Shown here piece after piece: positions 17,787 to 27,359 of a stretch of 64,000 nt of DNA. The DNA comes from an uncultured bacterium (GTDB lineage Bacteria; Bacillota_I; Bacilli_A; RFN20; CAG-826): positions 83,064 through 147,063 of the forward strand of contig CASDWE010000002.1 in the NCBI GenBank assembly GCA_949284685.1. The letters run 5' to 3'. Made by a program: the position numbers and the translations under genes. Below the pieces are notes generated by a model. It was given only the letters and a program-made list of their open reading frames with translations, ran no database searches and was not told where the DNA came from. Positions within the stretch are counted from its first letter, which is position 1. The number at the start of each line of letters is the position of its first letter.

Positions 17787-17880
17787 CGTAGATTTTTATA
17801 CCACCCTTTAATATTTCATTTAGAACAGCGGGATTATATATTAACTCGTTAATGTTAATTAAATCAAACCTTTTTCCTAG
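17782..17880 (-). pseudogene. MNT-type nucleotidyltransferase antitoxin, C-terminal about 32 codons only
   Basis: The translation LGKRFDLININELIYNPAVLNEILKGGIKIYG* matches the usual MNT tail (LG.KVDLV....L.P.L...I.KEGI.IY). The catalytic N-terminal half is absent. The fragment begins about 7 nt from the 3' end of tRNA-Pro. Confidence 0.5.
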
Positions 17881-17886
17881 AGTTTT

Positions 17887-17963
17887 TGGTCGGGATGATG
17901 AGATTTGGACTCACGACCTCTCGCTCCCGAAGCAAGCGCACTACCAAGCTGTGCTACATCCCG
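17887..17963 (-). tRNA. tRNA-Pro (anticodon CGG) with encoded CCA and an atypical T-loop (C at position 55)
   Basis: The minus strand reads CGGGATG TA GCAC AGCTTGGTA GTGC G CTTGC TTCGGGA GCGAG AGGTC GTGAG TCCAAAT CTCAT CATCCCG ACCA. The cloverleaf is good and G37 is present as expected for Pro. The T-loop is TCCAAAT instead of TTC(R)AAT. Confidence 0.8.
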
Positions 17964-17985
17964 AACCAAAATTTATTATATAAAA

Positions 17986-20900
17986 TTAAAAATTAAAGTC
18001 AAATAATGATATTTGATCGTCTTCGTTTAAACTATCAAGTACATGCAATTCTTCTAAATCATTCAAGTTTGTACCATTTAATTTACTTCGTCTCATTAAA
18101 TCATCTTTAGAAGTAAATTCATGTTCATTGCGTGCTTCAATAATGCTTTGTGCAGCATTTTCTCCTAAACCATCTATAACAATAAATGGACAAATCAAAG
18201 CCCTATTTTCATAGTCAACAACAAACTTAGTCGCATCAGATTTTGTTAAAGAAATATTTTCAAATTTATATCCTCTTTGTACCATTTCAATCGCGACTTC
18301 AAGAGTGTCAAGTATTGCACTTTCCTTTGGTGAAAGTTTATCTATCTTGCTTTTTGATTTAAGTTTTAGTTCATCCAACCTTTTGATAATTGCTTCTTCC
18401 CCACCAATCATGGCTTTTAAATCCCATTGGTCACATCTAACAGAAAAGAAAGTAGCGTAAAACTCTAATGGATAATAAACTTTAAAGTATCCAACACGAA
18501 CCGCCATCATAACATATGCAGTGGCGTGTCCTTTCGGAAATAAATATTTGATTTTATTACACGAATCAATATAATACTGCGGTACATTATTTTTTCGCAT
18601 AATTAATTCGTATTCTTGTTTAACACCCTTTCCGTGTCTTACATCTTCCATAATTGCAAAACTAACAGAACTATCAATACCCATGCTAATTAAATAAGTC
18701 ATGATATCATCACGACATCCTATAACTTCTCGTAATGTTGCTATTTTTTTATTAATTAAGGTCTCGGCATTACCATTCCAAACATTTGTTCCATGAGACA
18801 ATCCAGAAATAATAACTAAATCAGCAAAAGTTTTAGGCTTTGTTGCTTCTAACATACCTCTAACAAAATCTGTACCATATTCCGGTATGGCAAGTGCACC
18901 AGTCACTTGATTTAAATAATTGTGTGTCATATGCAATGCATTAGTAGAAGAAAATAATGATAAAACATTTTTATCGTTTAATGGTATAGACTTTATATCA
19001 ATATGGGTCAAATCCGCCATCATTTTTAAAGCAACCGGATCAACGTGGCCTAATAAATCAAGTTTTAAAATAGTATCATGCATTGAACGGAAGTCAAAAT
19101 GTGTTGTTTTCCACTTTGCATCAAATTTGTTTGCAGGAAATTGAATTGGTGTAAAATCATAAACACTATGATCATTTGGAATAACAACGATTCCGCCTGG
19201 ATGCTGCCCTGTTGTTCTTCTTACATCAATACATCCGTTGGCAAGATAGGCGATTTTTGCTCTTGGAACTTTATTAGGATCAATGCCAAGACTTTCATAA
19301 TAACCACGTGCATAACCAAAAGCGGTTTTTTCGGCAACTTTTTCGATTGTCCCTGCTCTAAAAACATTTTCTTCGCCTAATAATACTTTAGTGTAATCAT
19401 GGGCACGAGCTTGATAATCACCAGGGAAATTTAAATCGATATCAGGTGTTTTTTCAGCTTTAAATCCTAAGAAAGTTTCAAATGGAATGTTTTGACCATC
19501 TCTAACCATTTCTTCACCACAAATAGGACATTTTTTATTCGGCAAGTCAAAACCAGATTTAATGTTTGGAAATTCTTTACTTGTCCATTCTAAATGTTTG
19601 CATTTAGGACATCGATAATGTGGAGGAAGCGGATTTACTTCGGTTATATCTGCCATTGTTGCGGCAAAAGAAGAACCGACCGAACCACGAGACCCGACTA
19701 AATAACCATCTTCATTTGCTTTTTTAACTATCATATGAGCAATATAATAAATGACAGAGTAACCATTTGAAATAATACCGTCAAGTTCTGTGTCTAAACG
19801 TTTTTGGATATATTTTGGCAGAGGATTACCATATAATTTATGAGCGTTTCCATAGCATAAATCACGCAACATATTTTCACTATTTTCGATTTTTGGAGTA
19901 TAAAGATGGTCGTTAGGTAATGGTATCATTTTATCGCATTGATTAGCAATAAAATTAGTGTTAGTAACAGTAATTTCATATGCTTTTTCTTCACCTAAGA
20001 AATTCATTTCATTTAACATTTCATCTGTAGTTAAAAAATATTGATCAGGATTTTCATAATGAACTACTTTTACAAAATCTTTTTTATATTCATCATAAGG
20101 ATTTAAATTTAAAGGATGTGGAACACGGCCTAATCCTTTTGTTGCTATATAAATGTCTCTAAAAATTTTATCGTTTTTATGACAATAATGAACATCACCT
20201 GTTGCGCAAACTTTTACATTTACATTATCAGCAGCGTTAACAATATCTATTAAGATTTCTTTTATTTCATCAAGACTTGAAAAATCATCCTTGTTTACCA
20301 AATATGTATAATTATGTAAAGGTTGAATTTCAATATAGTCATAAAAAGAAATTGCTTCTTTCAATGAATCTAAATTCTTATGTGCCGCTATTTCAAAAAT
20401 TTCCCCATTAAAACATCCACTTCCATATATCAAATTTTTACGATATTTAATTAACTCTTTGCGTGGTATTTTAGGAACTTCAGCTAAATAATCGATATGG
20501 GATAAAGAAATTAATCTGTATAAATCATGTAAACCATCATAATTTTTTGCAAAAGCAATTAAATGGTAAGGGTGAATATGCTTTAAGGCATCCTTACTAG
20601 CTTTAAGATTGGCTAAATCTTTATGCATTAAGTTAGGATTATCTTTAGTAAGAAGTGGAAGCAAATAAAACCATACCTCGCTTAATACATTAGCGTCATA
20701 ATCCGCCCTATGGGCAACTTTGCGATCATATTCAACATCAAAATTTTTACAAAGTGTTTGCAATCTATGGTTTCTTGAATTAGGTAGTAAATATCTAGAT
20801 AACGAAAGTGTATCAATTACTGGATTTGTTAATATTTCATCGTTTTCTCGCAATAAAGATTCATTTAAAAATGGAATATCAAAATCAGCGTTATGGCTAA

Positions 20901-22359
20901 CTAATATTGCATCTTTAACAAAATCTAGGATCCTTTCTTTACAATCTTTAAAAATTTGTTTGTCCTTAACCATATCATTGCTAATATGTGTTAAATTTTC
21001 GATTTTTTGGGGAATTTCAACTTCGGGATTTATCAAAATATCTAATCGTGAAACAATACTCCCTTTTTCAATACGTACGCCTGCAAATTCAATAATACGA
21101 TTATGTCGGCAACTTAAACCAGTTGTTTCTAAATCAAAAACTACGTAATTTGCATTGTTTAATTTAATATTTGCAGGGTTTTTGATATATTCTAATTCAT
21201 CATTAACCATATAAAATTCAACGCCATAAAGCATTTTCATATTATATTTTTTTGCGGCTTTTTGTGCGTCAGGATATCCACTTACAACACCATGATCAGT
21301 AATTGCAATTGCATTCATTTTTAATTTTGAAGCATACTCGCAATATTGATCCATAGAACTAACCCCATCCATCGCGGACATCTTACTATGCAAATGTAAT
21401 TCAACACGTTTGATAGGACTATTATCTACAATTACTTCATCATCTGGCAAAATATCAATATAGTGTCCTTTTATCATTACATTTTGAGTAAATGTATCTA
21501 AATATGCACATCCTCGTACTTTAACTTTTTGTCCTTTGGTTAGTTCATTAGCGTTAGATAAATTTGAAGTAAGAACAAAAATTGCATCGTTGTTTTCATC
21601 ATTTATACCGTAGGTAACTTTTTTATTATCAAAAGCATTGGTTTCAATTGAAAAAATATTACCATTAAATTCAATGTTTCCGCTGTCTTTATCTATTTCA
21701 CTAATTTGATTTATATTTTTATAATTACCTTTTTTATTTCTTCTCATGAATTCGCGAGTCATTTTTTCTTGTTTTTCTTCCTCGCGTATTTGATTTATTA
21801 AACGCTCCTCCGCTAAACGCTTTTCATGATTTAAAGTTTCAAGATCATTTAATAAATTTTCTTCTTCTATTTCTTCTTTATTTTCAACCAATTCGTCGTT
21901 TGGCATTATCGAAGCGGTTATAAAAAATTCATCATAACTTAAAAAAGATAAAAACGATTTATATAAATCTAAAACTTCTTGATACATATTTTTTTCTTCT
22001 TCACTAGAAAAAATAAATATCAATTTGTTGTCATTATCTTCTTTAACTTGAAGTGGATATTGAATGTGATAAATACTTTTATACCAATCAAAAAACAAAT
22101 TATATACATTATCAATATCAGGACGAGTTCGATAAGAAAAAGTTAATGAATATTTATAAGAGGTAATAGAATTTAATCCTTCTTGAAATTCTCTTAAAAA
22201 TTGATAATTCCATGGAGTATTCTTACATATTTGCATAATGAGCAAATCTTTTTTAATTGGATGCCTTTCACAAATATCAAAAGACATATCAAAATCTTCT
22301 ACATTATCAATCCCAATAGAATTTAAGAAACGAATCATTTTATTAGATTCTTTATTCAT
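17986..22359 (-). CDS. polC: DNA polymerase III alpha subunit, PolC type
   Basis: The roughly 1457-aa ORF has a PHP domain (VELHLHSKMSAMDG), a DEDDh exonuclease (VVFDLETTGL...H.ADFD), a CxxC...CxxC zinc module and a polymerase core. I prefer ATG 22357-22359, where TGATG overlaps the rseP stop. Confidence 0.97.
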   Translation of the reverse strand: MNKESNKMIRFLNSIGIDNVEDFDMSFDICERHPIKKDLLIMQICKNTPWNYQFLREFQEGLNSITSYKYSLTFSYRTRPDIDNVYNLFFDWYKSIYHIQYPLQVKEDNDNKLIFIFSSEEEKNMYQEVLDLYKSFLSFLSYDEFFITASIMPNDELVENKEEIEEENLLNDLETLNHEKRLAEERLINQIREEEKQEKMTREFMRRNKKGNYKNINQISEIDKDSGNIEFNGNIFSIETNAFDNKKVTYGINDENNDAIFVLTSNLSNANELTKGQKVKVRGCAYLDTFTQNVMIKGHYIDILPDDEVIVDNSPIKRVELHLHSKMSAMDGVSSMDQYCEYASKLKMNAIAITDHGVVSGYPDAQKAAKKYNMKMLYGVEFYMVNDELEYIKNPANIKLNNANYVVFDLETTGLSCRHNRIIEFAGVRIEKGSIVSRLDILINPEVEIPQKIENLTHISNDMVKDKQIFKDCKERILDFVKDAILVSHNADFDIPFLNESLLRENDEILTNPVIDTLSLSRYLLPNSRNHRLQTLCKNFDVEYDRKVAHRADYDANVLSEVWFYLLPLLTKDNPNLMHKDLANLKASKDALKHIHPYHLIAFAKNYDGLHDLYRLISLSHIDYLAEVPKIPRKELIKYRKNLIYGSGCFNGEIFEIAAHKNLDSLKEAISFYDYIEIQPLHNYTYLVNKDDFSSLDEIKEILIDIVNAADNVNVKVCATGDVHYCHKNDKIFRDIYIATKGLGRVPHPLNLNPYDEYKKDFVKVVHYENPDQYFLTTDEMLNEMNFLGEEKAYEITVTNTNFIANQCDKMIPLPNDHLYTPKIENSENMLRDLCYGNAHKLYGNPLPKYIQKRLDTELDGIISNGYSVIYYIAHMIVKKANEDGYLVGSRGSVGSSFAATMADITEVNPLPPHYRCPKCKHLEWTSKEFPNIKSGFDLPNKKCPICGEEMVRDGQNIPFETFLGFKAEKTPDIDLNFPGDYQARAHDYTKVLLGEENVFRAGTIEKVAEKTAFGYARGYYESLGIDPNKVPRAKIAYLANGCIDVRRTTGQHPGGIVVIPNDHSVYDFTPIQFPANKFDAKWKTTHFDFRSMHDTILKLDLLGHVDPVALKMMADLTHIDIKSIPLNDKNVLSLFSSTNALHMTHNYLNQVTGALAIPEYGTDFVRGMLEATKPKTFADLVIISGLSHGTNVWNGNAETLINKKIATLREVIGCRDDIMTYLISMGIDSSVSFAIMEDVRHGKGVKQEYELIMRKNNVPQYYIDSCNKIKYLFPKGHATAYVMMAVRVGYFKVYYPLEFYATFFSVRCDQWDLKAMIGGEEAIIKRLDELKLKSKSKIDKLSPKESAILDTLEVAIEMVQRGYKFENISLTKSDATKFVVDYENRALICPFIVIDGLGENAAQSIIEARNEHEFTSKDDLMRRSKLNGTNLNDLEELHVLDSLNEDDQISLFDFNF

Positions 22360-23807
22360 CAAAATAACCCCACAATATCTTTGATAATAAGAACAATCAT
22401 CAATCCAAATAGTAGTGCCATTCCTATATAAGACATGATAGTTTTGGCCTTTTCTGGAACTTTTTTCCTAAATATTCCTTCAATAGCAATAACAATCAAT
22501 TGCCAACCATCCAAACCAGGAAATGGCAACAAATTAAAAATAGCTAAGTTGACCGAAATTAAACCCCAATAATAAATAAAATACGATACACCCATCTCAT
22601 TTAAAATACTAGATGTTGAAGTATAAATTGAAATAATTGATCCAACATTTTCCCAACCTTGTCCAATAAACAAACCGCCAATCGTTTTAAAAATTAAAGT
22701 CGAACCATCCGCGAATTGAACAAACGTATTAGTCCATGCTTGACCAAAATCTTGCATATATTCTTCCTTAAACATTGATAAACCGGTACTTGTAAAACCT
22801 GTTTTATCTTCATTTAGATTAATTTTTATTGTTTTATCACCGCCAGGAATGTTTGATGTGACAATTCCATGATTTTCATCATTTTGATTAGGACAATTTT
22901 TATGATAGTAATTATTATCAATTAACGTTATAAAACTACAATTATTTATATTATCTATATCAATAAAACGTGCCCCACAACTAGTGCAATAATAAGTATT
23001 TTGTTTAACATAAAATGTTGGTAATACAAGTTCTATACTATTTATTCCTTCGGTCTCATAAGTTATTTCTTCTTCAAAATTAGCAACAACCATTTTTTGA
23101 GATGTTTCTTCATTAATAGTTACTTCGTGTGTTTTATAATAACGGAATAAATTATCAAAATTTGTATTTGTAGAACTAGTTTGATTTTGATGAACCACAA
23201 CAGCTATATTATTTTCAGATTCACCATTTTCATAATGAACAATAGAATCAAAAGAATAGTACCAAATTTGTTCTCCAACATTTGGATATCGTGGATCTAT
23301 TGTAACATCTATAAAATCCCCTTCTCCTGTTTTTGGATTAAATGTCTTAAATCCAGCTGTTTCTGCAACTGAATTTTCTTGCACTAATAAAGCGTTTATA
23401 TAAGGAACATTAATGGTTGGAAAAAATTGATTATAAATATAAAAAAGCAGAATAGATAATATTAAGTTCATTATAATTCCAGCACTCATTATAATCGCGG
23501 CTTTCCATTTTTTTATACCATTTAAACTTCTTTCTTTTGGAATTACGACACCGTTTTCTAACTCGCCTTCATCACTAGCCATTGAAACATATCCACCAAA
23601 AGGAACAACTCTTAATGAAAAATATGTTTCACCATTTTTTCTTTTTTTATGTAAAAACGCTTTTCCAAAACCAATAGAAAAATCATCGCAATATACTCCA
23701 AACATTTTCGCGGTTGCTAAATGTCCAGCTTCATGGACAAGCACTAATGTTGAAAGACACACGATAAATAAAATTATATTAAGTATTGTCATTAGCCAAT
23801 CGGGCAT
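22359..23807 (-). CDS. rseP: RIP (site-2) zinc metalloprotease RseP/RasP
   Basis: The HEAGH motif (LVHEAGHLATAKMFG) lies in TM1. The C-terminal NLLPFPGLDGWQ motif is present. The central extracytoplasmic region is unusually long and contains Cys residues. Confidence 0.85.
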   Translation of the reverse strand: MPDWLMTILNIILFIVCLSTLVLVHEAGHLATAKMFGVYCDDFSIGFGKAFLHKKRKNGETYFSLRVVPFGGYVSMASDEGELENGVVIPKERSLNGIKKWKAAIIMSAGIIMNLILSILLFYIYNQFFPTINVPYINALLVQENSVAETAGFKTFNPKTGEGDFIDVTIDPRYPNVGEQIWYYSFDSIVHYENGESENNIAVVVHQNQTSSTNTNFDNLFRYYKTHEVTINEETSQKMVVANFEEEITYETEGINSIELVLPTFYVKQNTYYCTSCGARFIDIDNINNCSFITLIDNNYYHKNCPNQNDENHGIVTSNIPGGDKTIKINLNEDKTGFTSTGLSMFKEEYMQDFGQAWTNTFVQFADGSTLIFKTIGGLFIGQGWENVGSIISIYTSTSSILNEMGVSYFIYYWGLISVNLAIFNLLPFPGLDGWQLIVIAIEGIFRKKVPEKAKTIMSYIGMALLFGLMIVLIIKDIVGLF

Positions 23808-24973
23808 TAATTTTTCCTCATCTTTCTAATTATTTCTAATGTTTTTTGTCGGGTTATTTTATCATACATTTCATAAATTTGATAATCACAACTTTGGACA
23901 TTATCAACGTTTTTCATAACGCGATTAATAATTTTTTCGATATCCAAAAATGATATTTCATCATTTAAAAACGCTTGACAGCAAACTTCATCACAGGCAT
24001 TAAGAACGCACCCATATATACCTTTATTTTTAATAACTTTTTTTGCAAGGCAAATAAGTGGGAAACGTCTAGATGATAATTTGTGAAAATGGTAATCGCC
24101 GAATTTATGAAAATCAGAATTTTCAAATAAATCGCAAGGATAGTTTCCTTGATATAAGGCATAAGCAATTGGATTATGCATATCAGGTTTATTAATCTCG
24201 GCAATATAGGTGTTGTCAACATATTCTACCATTGAATGAATCATAGATTCATCATGTAGAATGACTTTTATTTTATCATAAGGCAAATTAAATAAATAGT
24301 GGGCTTCTATAATTTCAAAACATTTATTAATTAATGTAGCGCTGTCGATAGTAATTTTTTTGCCCATTTGCCAAGTCGGATGTTTTAAAGCATCATTTTT
24401 TGTTACATTCTTAAGATCTTTTCTTTTTAGGTTTTTAAAAGCTCCGCCTGAAGCAGTCAAAATAATGTTTTTTACACCAGCATTTCTCTTTTTAAGACAT
24501 TTATAAATAGCGCTGTGTTCGCTATCAATTGGATATATTTTGCTTTTACTATTAGTCAACAAATTATTAATATATTCCCCACCGACAACTAAACTCTCTT
24601 TATTGGCCAAACATAATATTTTATTATTTTTAATTGCCCATAATGTAGGATATAATCCTGCAAAACCCAAAATAGCGTTAACTATCATATCTCCATCTAA
24701 AGAATTGATAAAATTTTTAAAGCCATCTTTTTCAGAAAAAAAAGTTATATTTTTATATTTTTGTTTTAATTCTACTTTCAATTTATCATCCTTTAAAAAA
24801 ACCATGCGAATTGTTTTAAAATCTTGCAAAAGTTTAATTAAATAAGATGAATTAGAAAACACACTTACGGCTACAAGTTCAAAATTAACTTGGTCATTTT
24901 TAATTATATCGATAGTTTGTTTTCCTATAGAACCGGATGCACCTAATAATATAACACGTATCATATTAGACAA
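23807..24973 (-). CDS. dxr: 1-deoxy-D-xylulose 5-phosphate reductoisomerase
   Basis: Characteristic motifs are LLGASGSIGKQT, LANKESLV, PIDSEHSA, LTASGGAF and HPTWQMGKKITIDSATL.NK. The position between cdsA and rseP matches Bacillus. Confidence 0.92.
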   Translation of the reverse strand: MSNMIRVILLGASGSIGKQTIDIIKNDQVNFELVAVSVFSNSSYLIKLLQDFKTIRMVFLKDDKLKVELKQKYKNITFFSEKDGFKNFINSLDGDMIVNAILGFAGLYPTLWAIKNNKILCLANKESLVVGGEYINNLLTNSKSKIYPIDSEHSAIYKCLKKRNAGVKNIILTASGGAFKNLKRKDLKNVTKNDALKHPTWQMGKKITIDSATLINKCFEIIEAHYLFNLPYDKIKVILHDESMIHSMVEYVDNTYIAEINKPDMHNPIAYALYQGNYPCDLFENSDFHKFGDYHFHKLSSRRFPLICLAKKVIKNKGIYGCVLNACDEVCCQAFLNDEISFLDIEKIINRVMKNVDNVQSCDYQIYEMYDKITRQKTLEIIRKMRKN

Positions 24974-26012
24974 ATAAATTTTCCCAATTATTATTTAATA
25001 TCGCATTAAAAATAGTAATTAAAATTGCACTTGAAATGCAAGAAAATAAAACAGAATCTATTCGGTCTAAAATACCGCCATGCCCTGGCAAAATAAAACC
25101 AAAATCTTTTACTCCATAATAACGTTTAATACTTGAGAAAATAAAATCACCAAGAGAACTTACTAATGGAATAACGATAGCTAGTATTAATAAGTAATAC
25201 CAGTGATTAATATCAAATATTTTTAAAATCGGATGACCACACGCAGCCATTACCAAACCAAAAGTTAAAACAAAAACTATTGAGGTAATTGTTCCACCGA
25301 CAAAACCTTCCCATGTTTTTTTAGGAGAAATTCTTTCATTTATTTTGTTTTTTCCAAACAAGATACCAGTAAAATAAGCTCCTGTATCAGAAAATAGTGA
25401 TCCCGCTACAACTAATATCAATAATGATGCTGATTCAGCATAATCATAGGAGGGGTTTGTTAATACTTCTTCTCCTGAAGATAAATAATATTCCCAAAGC
25501 GGATAATATCTTAAAAAAGCAATACATTGAATTCCAATACCTAATATCAAACCAAAAGCAAATATATAACAAGCATCACGTACTTCAAAATTTTTATCAA
25601 TAAGAACTAACGAAAAACATAATATAGCCCCTATCAAAATTAAAAAGACTGATGCATAAATACTATTAAAGACACTATATATTGTTCCGTTAAAATCAGT
25701 AAATTCAAATATGAGATTGCGATACAATGGATATGTAGCCAAAAATAAAACGATAACGATGGTCAATATATAAAGGGTGATATTGTAATGTTTTTTAGCA
25801 CAGTGGACAAGTTCCCATGCACCTATACCACCTATCAAAATTAATAAAACTAAAAATGGTATTTCACCTAGAAAAATGCACGGTAAAACAATTGATACAC
25901 CAATAATTGAGGTAATTATTCGAACTTTTAAAGATTTCTTTTGTTCTGTTGTTACTTCGTTTGGCTTTAGTTCATTAAATAATTGTTCAGGCAATTTTTT
26001 ATTTTTACTCAT
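24966..26012 (-). CDS. cdsA: Phosphatidate cytidylyltransferase
   Basis: The CTP-transferase-1 signature SSIKRYYGVKDFGFILPGHGGILDRIDS is present in a polytopic membrane profile. The N-terminal extension is longer than usual. Confidence 0.88.
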   Translation of the reverse strand: MSKNKKLPEQLFNELKPNEVTTEQKKSLKVRIITSIIGVSIVLPCIFLGEIPFLVLLILIGGIGAWELVHCAKKHYNITLYILTIVIVLFLATYPLYRNLIFEFTDFNGTIYSVFNSIYASVFLILIGAILCFSLVLIDKNFEVRDACYIFAFGLILGIGIQCIAFLRYYPLWEYYLSSGEEVLTNPSYDYAESASLLILVVAGSLFSDTGAYFTGILFGKNKINERISPKKTWEGFVGGTITSIVFVLTFGLVMAACGHPILKIFDINHWYYLLILAIVIPLVSSLGDFIFSSIKRYYGVKDFGFILPGHGGILDRIDSVLFSCISSAILITIFNAILNNNWENLFV

Positions 26013-26727
26013 CGTTTATTGCTCCAAATCTACGAACTCTTTTGTAATACTTTTCAATACATTCATCTAATATGTCTTTATTAAAATCAGGCCAATAAGT
26101 ATCTATAAACATAAGCTCAGAATACGCTAATTGATAAAGCATAAAATTTGAAATGCGGATTTCACCACCAGTTCTTATTAATAAATCAATTGGAGGTAAA
26201 TTTCCATTATATAAATATTTTGAAAATGTTTGTGTATCAATATTCAAAATAGAAATTTTATTATCGTTAACATCGTTAATTATATTTTTGCATGCATGAA
26301 CAATATCTTCCATACCACCATAATTAAGACAAATGTTAAAAATAAAATGATCAAATGATTTTGTTTTTTTAATAGCTTCATCAATTATTTTAACAGTCGA
26401 GGAAGGTAATTTAGAATAATCACCGCTTACTAAAATTTTGGTTTGATCTTTTATCATATTGTTAATTTCTTTTTTAAAAAAATGTTTTAAATATGTAAAT
26501 AAAAGATTAACCTCTCGCTTTGGACGATTAAAATTTTGACAAGAAAAAGCAAATAAAGACATAACTTTGATGTCTTTATTTAAACATTCACGATAAATAT
26601 CAGTAATGATTTCGCATCCTTTTTTATGCCCAAATGTACGTGGCATATCCTGCATTTTTGCCCAACGTCCATTGCCATCCATAATAAATGCGATATGACA
26701 AAGTTTATTTTCAAAAAATTTCGCCAT
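26005..26727 (-). CDS. uppS: Isoprenyl transferase (undecaprenyl-diphosphate synthase)
   Basis: Motifs are HIAFIMDGNGRWA, FAFS.QNF.RP..EV and LLIRTGGE.R.SNF.L.Q..YSE..F....WPDF. Confidence 0.92.
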   Translation of the reverse strand: MAKFFENKLCHIAFIMDGNGRWAKMQDMPRTFGHKKGCEIITDIYRECLNKDIKVMSLFAFSCQNFNRPKREVNLLFTYLKHFFKKEINNMIKDQTKILVSGDYSKLPSSTVKIIDEAIKKTKSFDHFIFNICLNYGGMEDIVHACKNIINDVNDNKISILNIDTQTFSKYLYNGNLPPIDLLIRTGGEIRISNFMLYQLAYSELMFIDTYWPDFNKDILDECIEKYYKRVRRFGAINDE

Positions 26728-26780
26728 AAAAATAGTATATACTAATTTTTATTATATTTAAAAATAAAAAGCACAGTATT

Positions 26781-26808
26781 TAAATAAAAGCAGATTCATC
26801 ATCTGCTT
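26781..26808 (-). terminator. Intrinsic terminator after frr
   Basis: The minus strand reads AAGCAGAT-gatga-ATCTGCTT (8 bp, overlapping the TAA stop) followed by TTATTTAAAT. Confidence 0.5.
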
Positions 26809-27352
26809 AAATTAACATAATTTCTTTTTCTTTTTCAGACATTATACTATCTATTTTTTTAATAGATTGGTCTGTTACATCTTGAATTTCTTTTTCGATT
26901 CGTTTAATGAAATCTTCGCTATATTGATCGTCATCTTTTAACAAAGAAAGATATTCTCTACGAATGTTTCTAACACTGACTTTACATTCTTCTGTGAATT
27001 TTTTTGCTTGTTTAACAATTTCTTTTCTTCTTTCTTCAGTAAGAGGTGGAATGTTAAGACGTACAACTTGACCATCATTAACAGGAACTAACCCAATATT
27101 TGCGGCATTAATCGCAGCAACTATTGCCTTTAAATCATTTTTATCATAAGGCTTTACAACGAGTTGCTTGGCTTCAAAAACGCTGACGGCGGAAATTTGA
27201 TTCAATGGTATTTTGCTGCCATAATAATCAACATTTACTCCATCAAGGATAGCAGCGTTTGCACGACCAGTTCTCAAAGTGTTTAAAGCTGTCTTATACG
27301 CCTCAATTGATTTATCCATACTCAATTTGGCTTCATTAGTCATTTCATCCAT
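26807..27352 (-). CDS. frr: Ribosome recycling factor
   Basis: The 181-aa ORF carries LRTGRAN..ILD.V.VDYYG...PLNQ.A.VSV.EA..L.V.P.D, IPPLTEERRKE.VK and VRN.RR. Confidence 0.95.
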   Translation of the reverse strand: MDEMTNEAKLSMDKSIEAYKTALNTLRTGRANAAILDGVNVDYYGSKIPLNQISAVSVFEAKQLVVKPYDKNDLKAIVAAINAANIGLVPVNDGQVVRLNIPPLTEERRKEIVKQAKKFTEECKVSVRNIRREYLSLLKDDDQYSEDFIKRIEKEIQDVTDQSIKKIDSIMSEKEKEIMLI

Positions 27353-27359
27353 AAAAATA

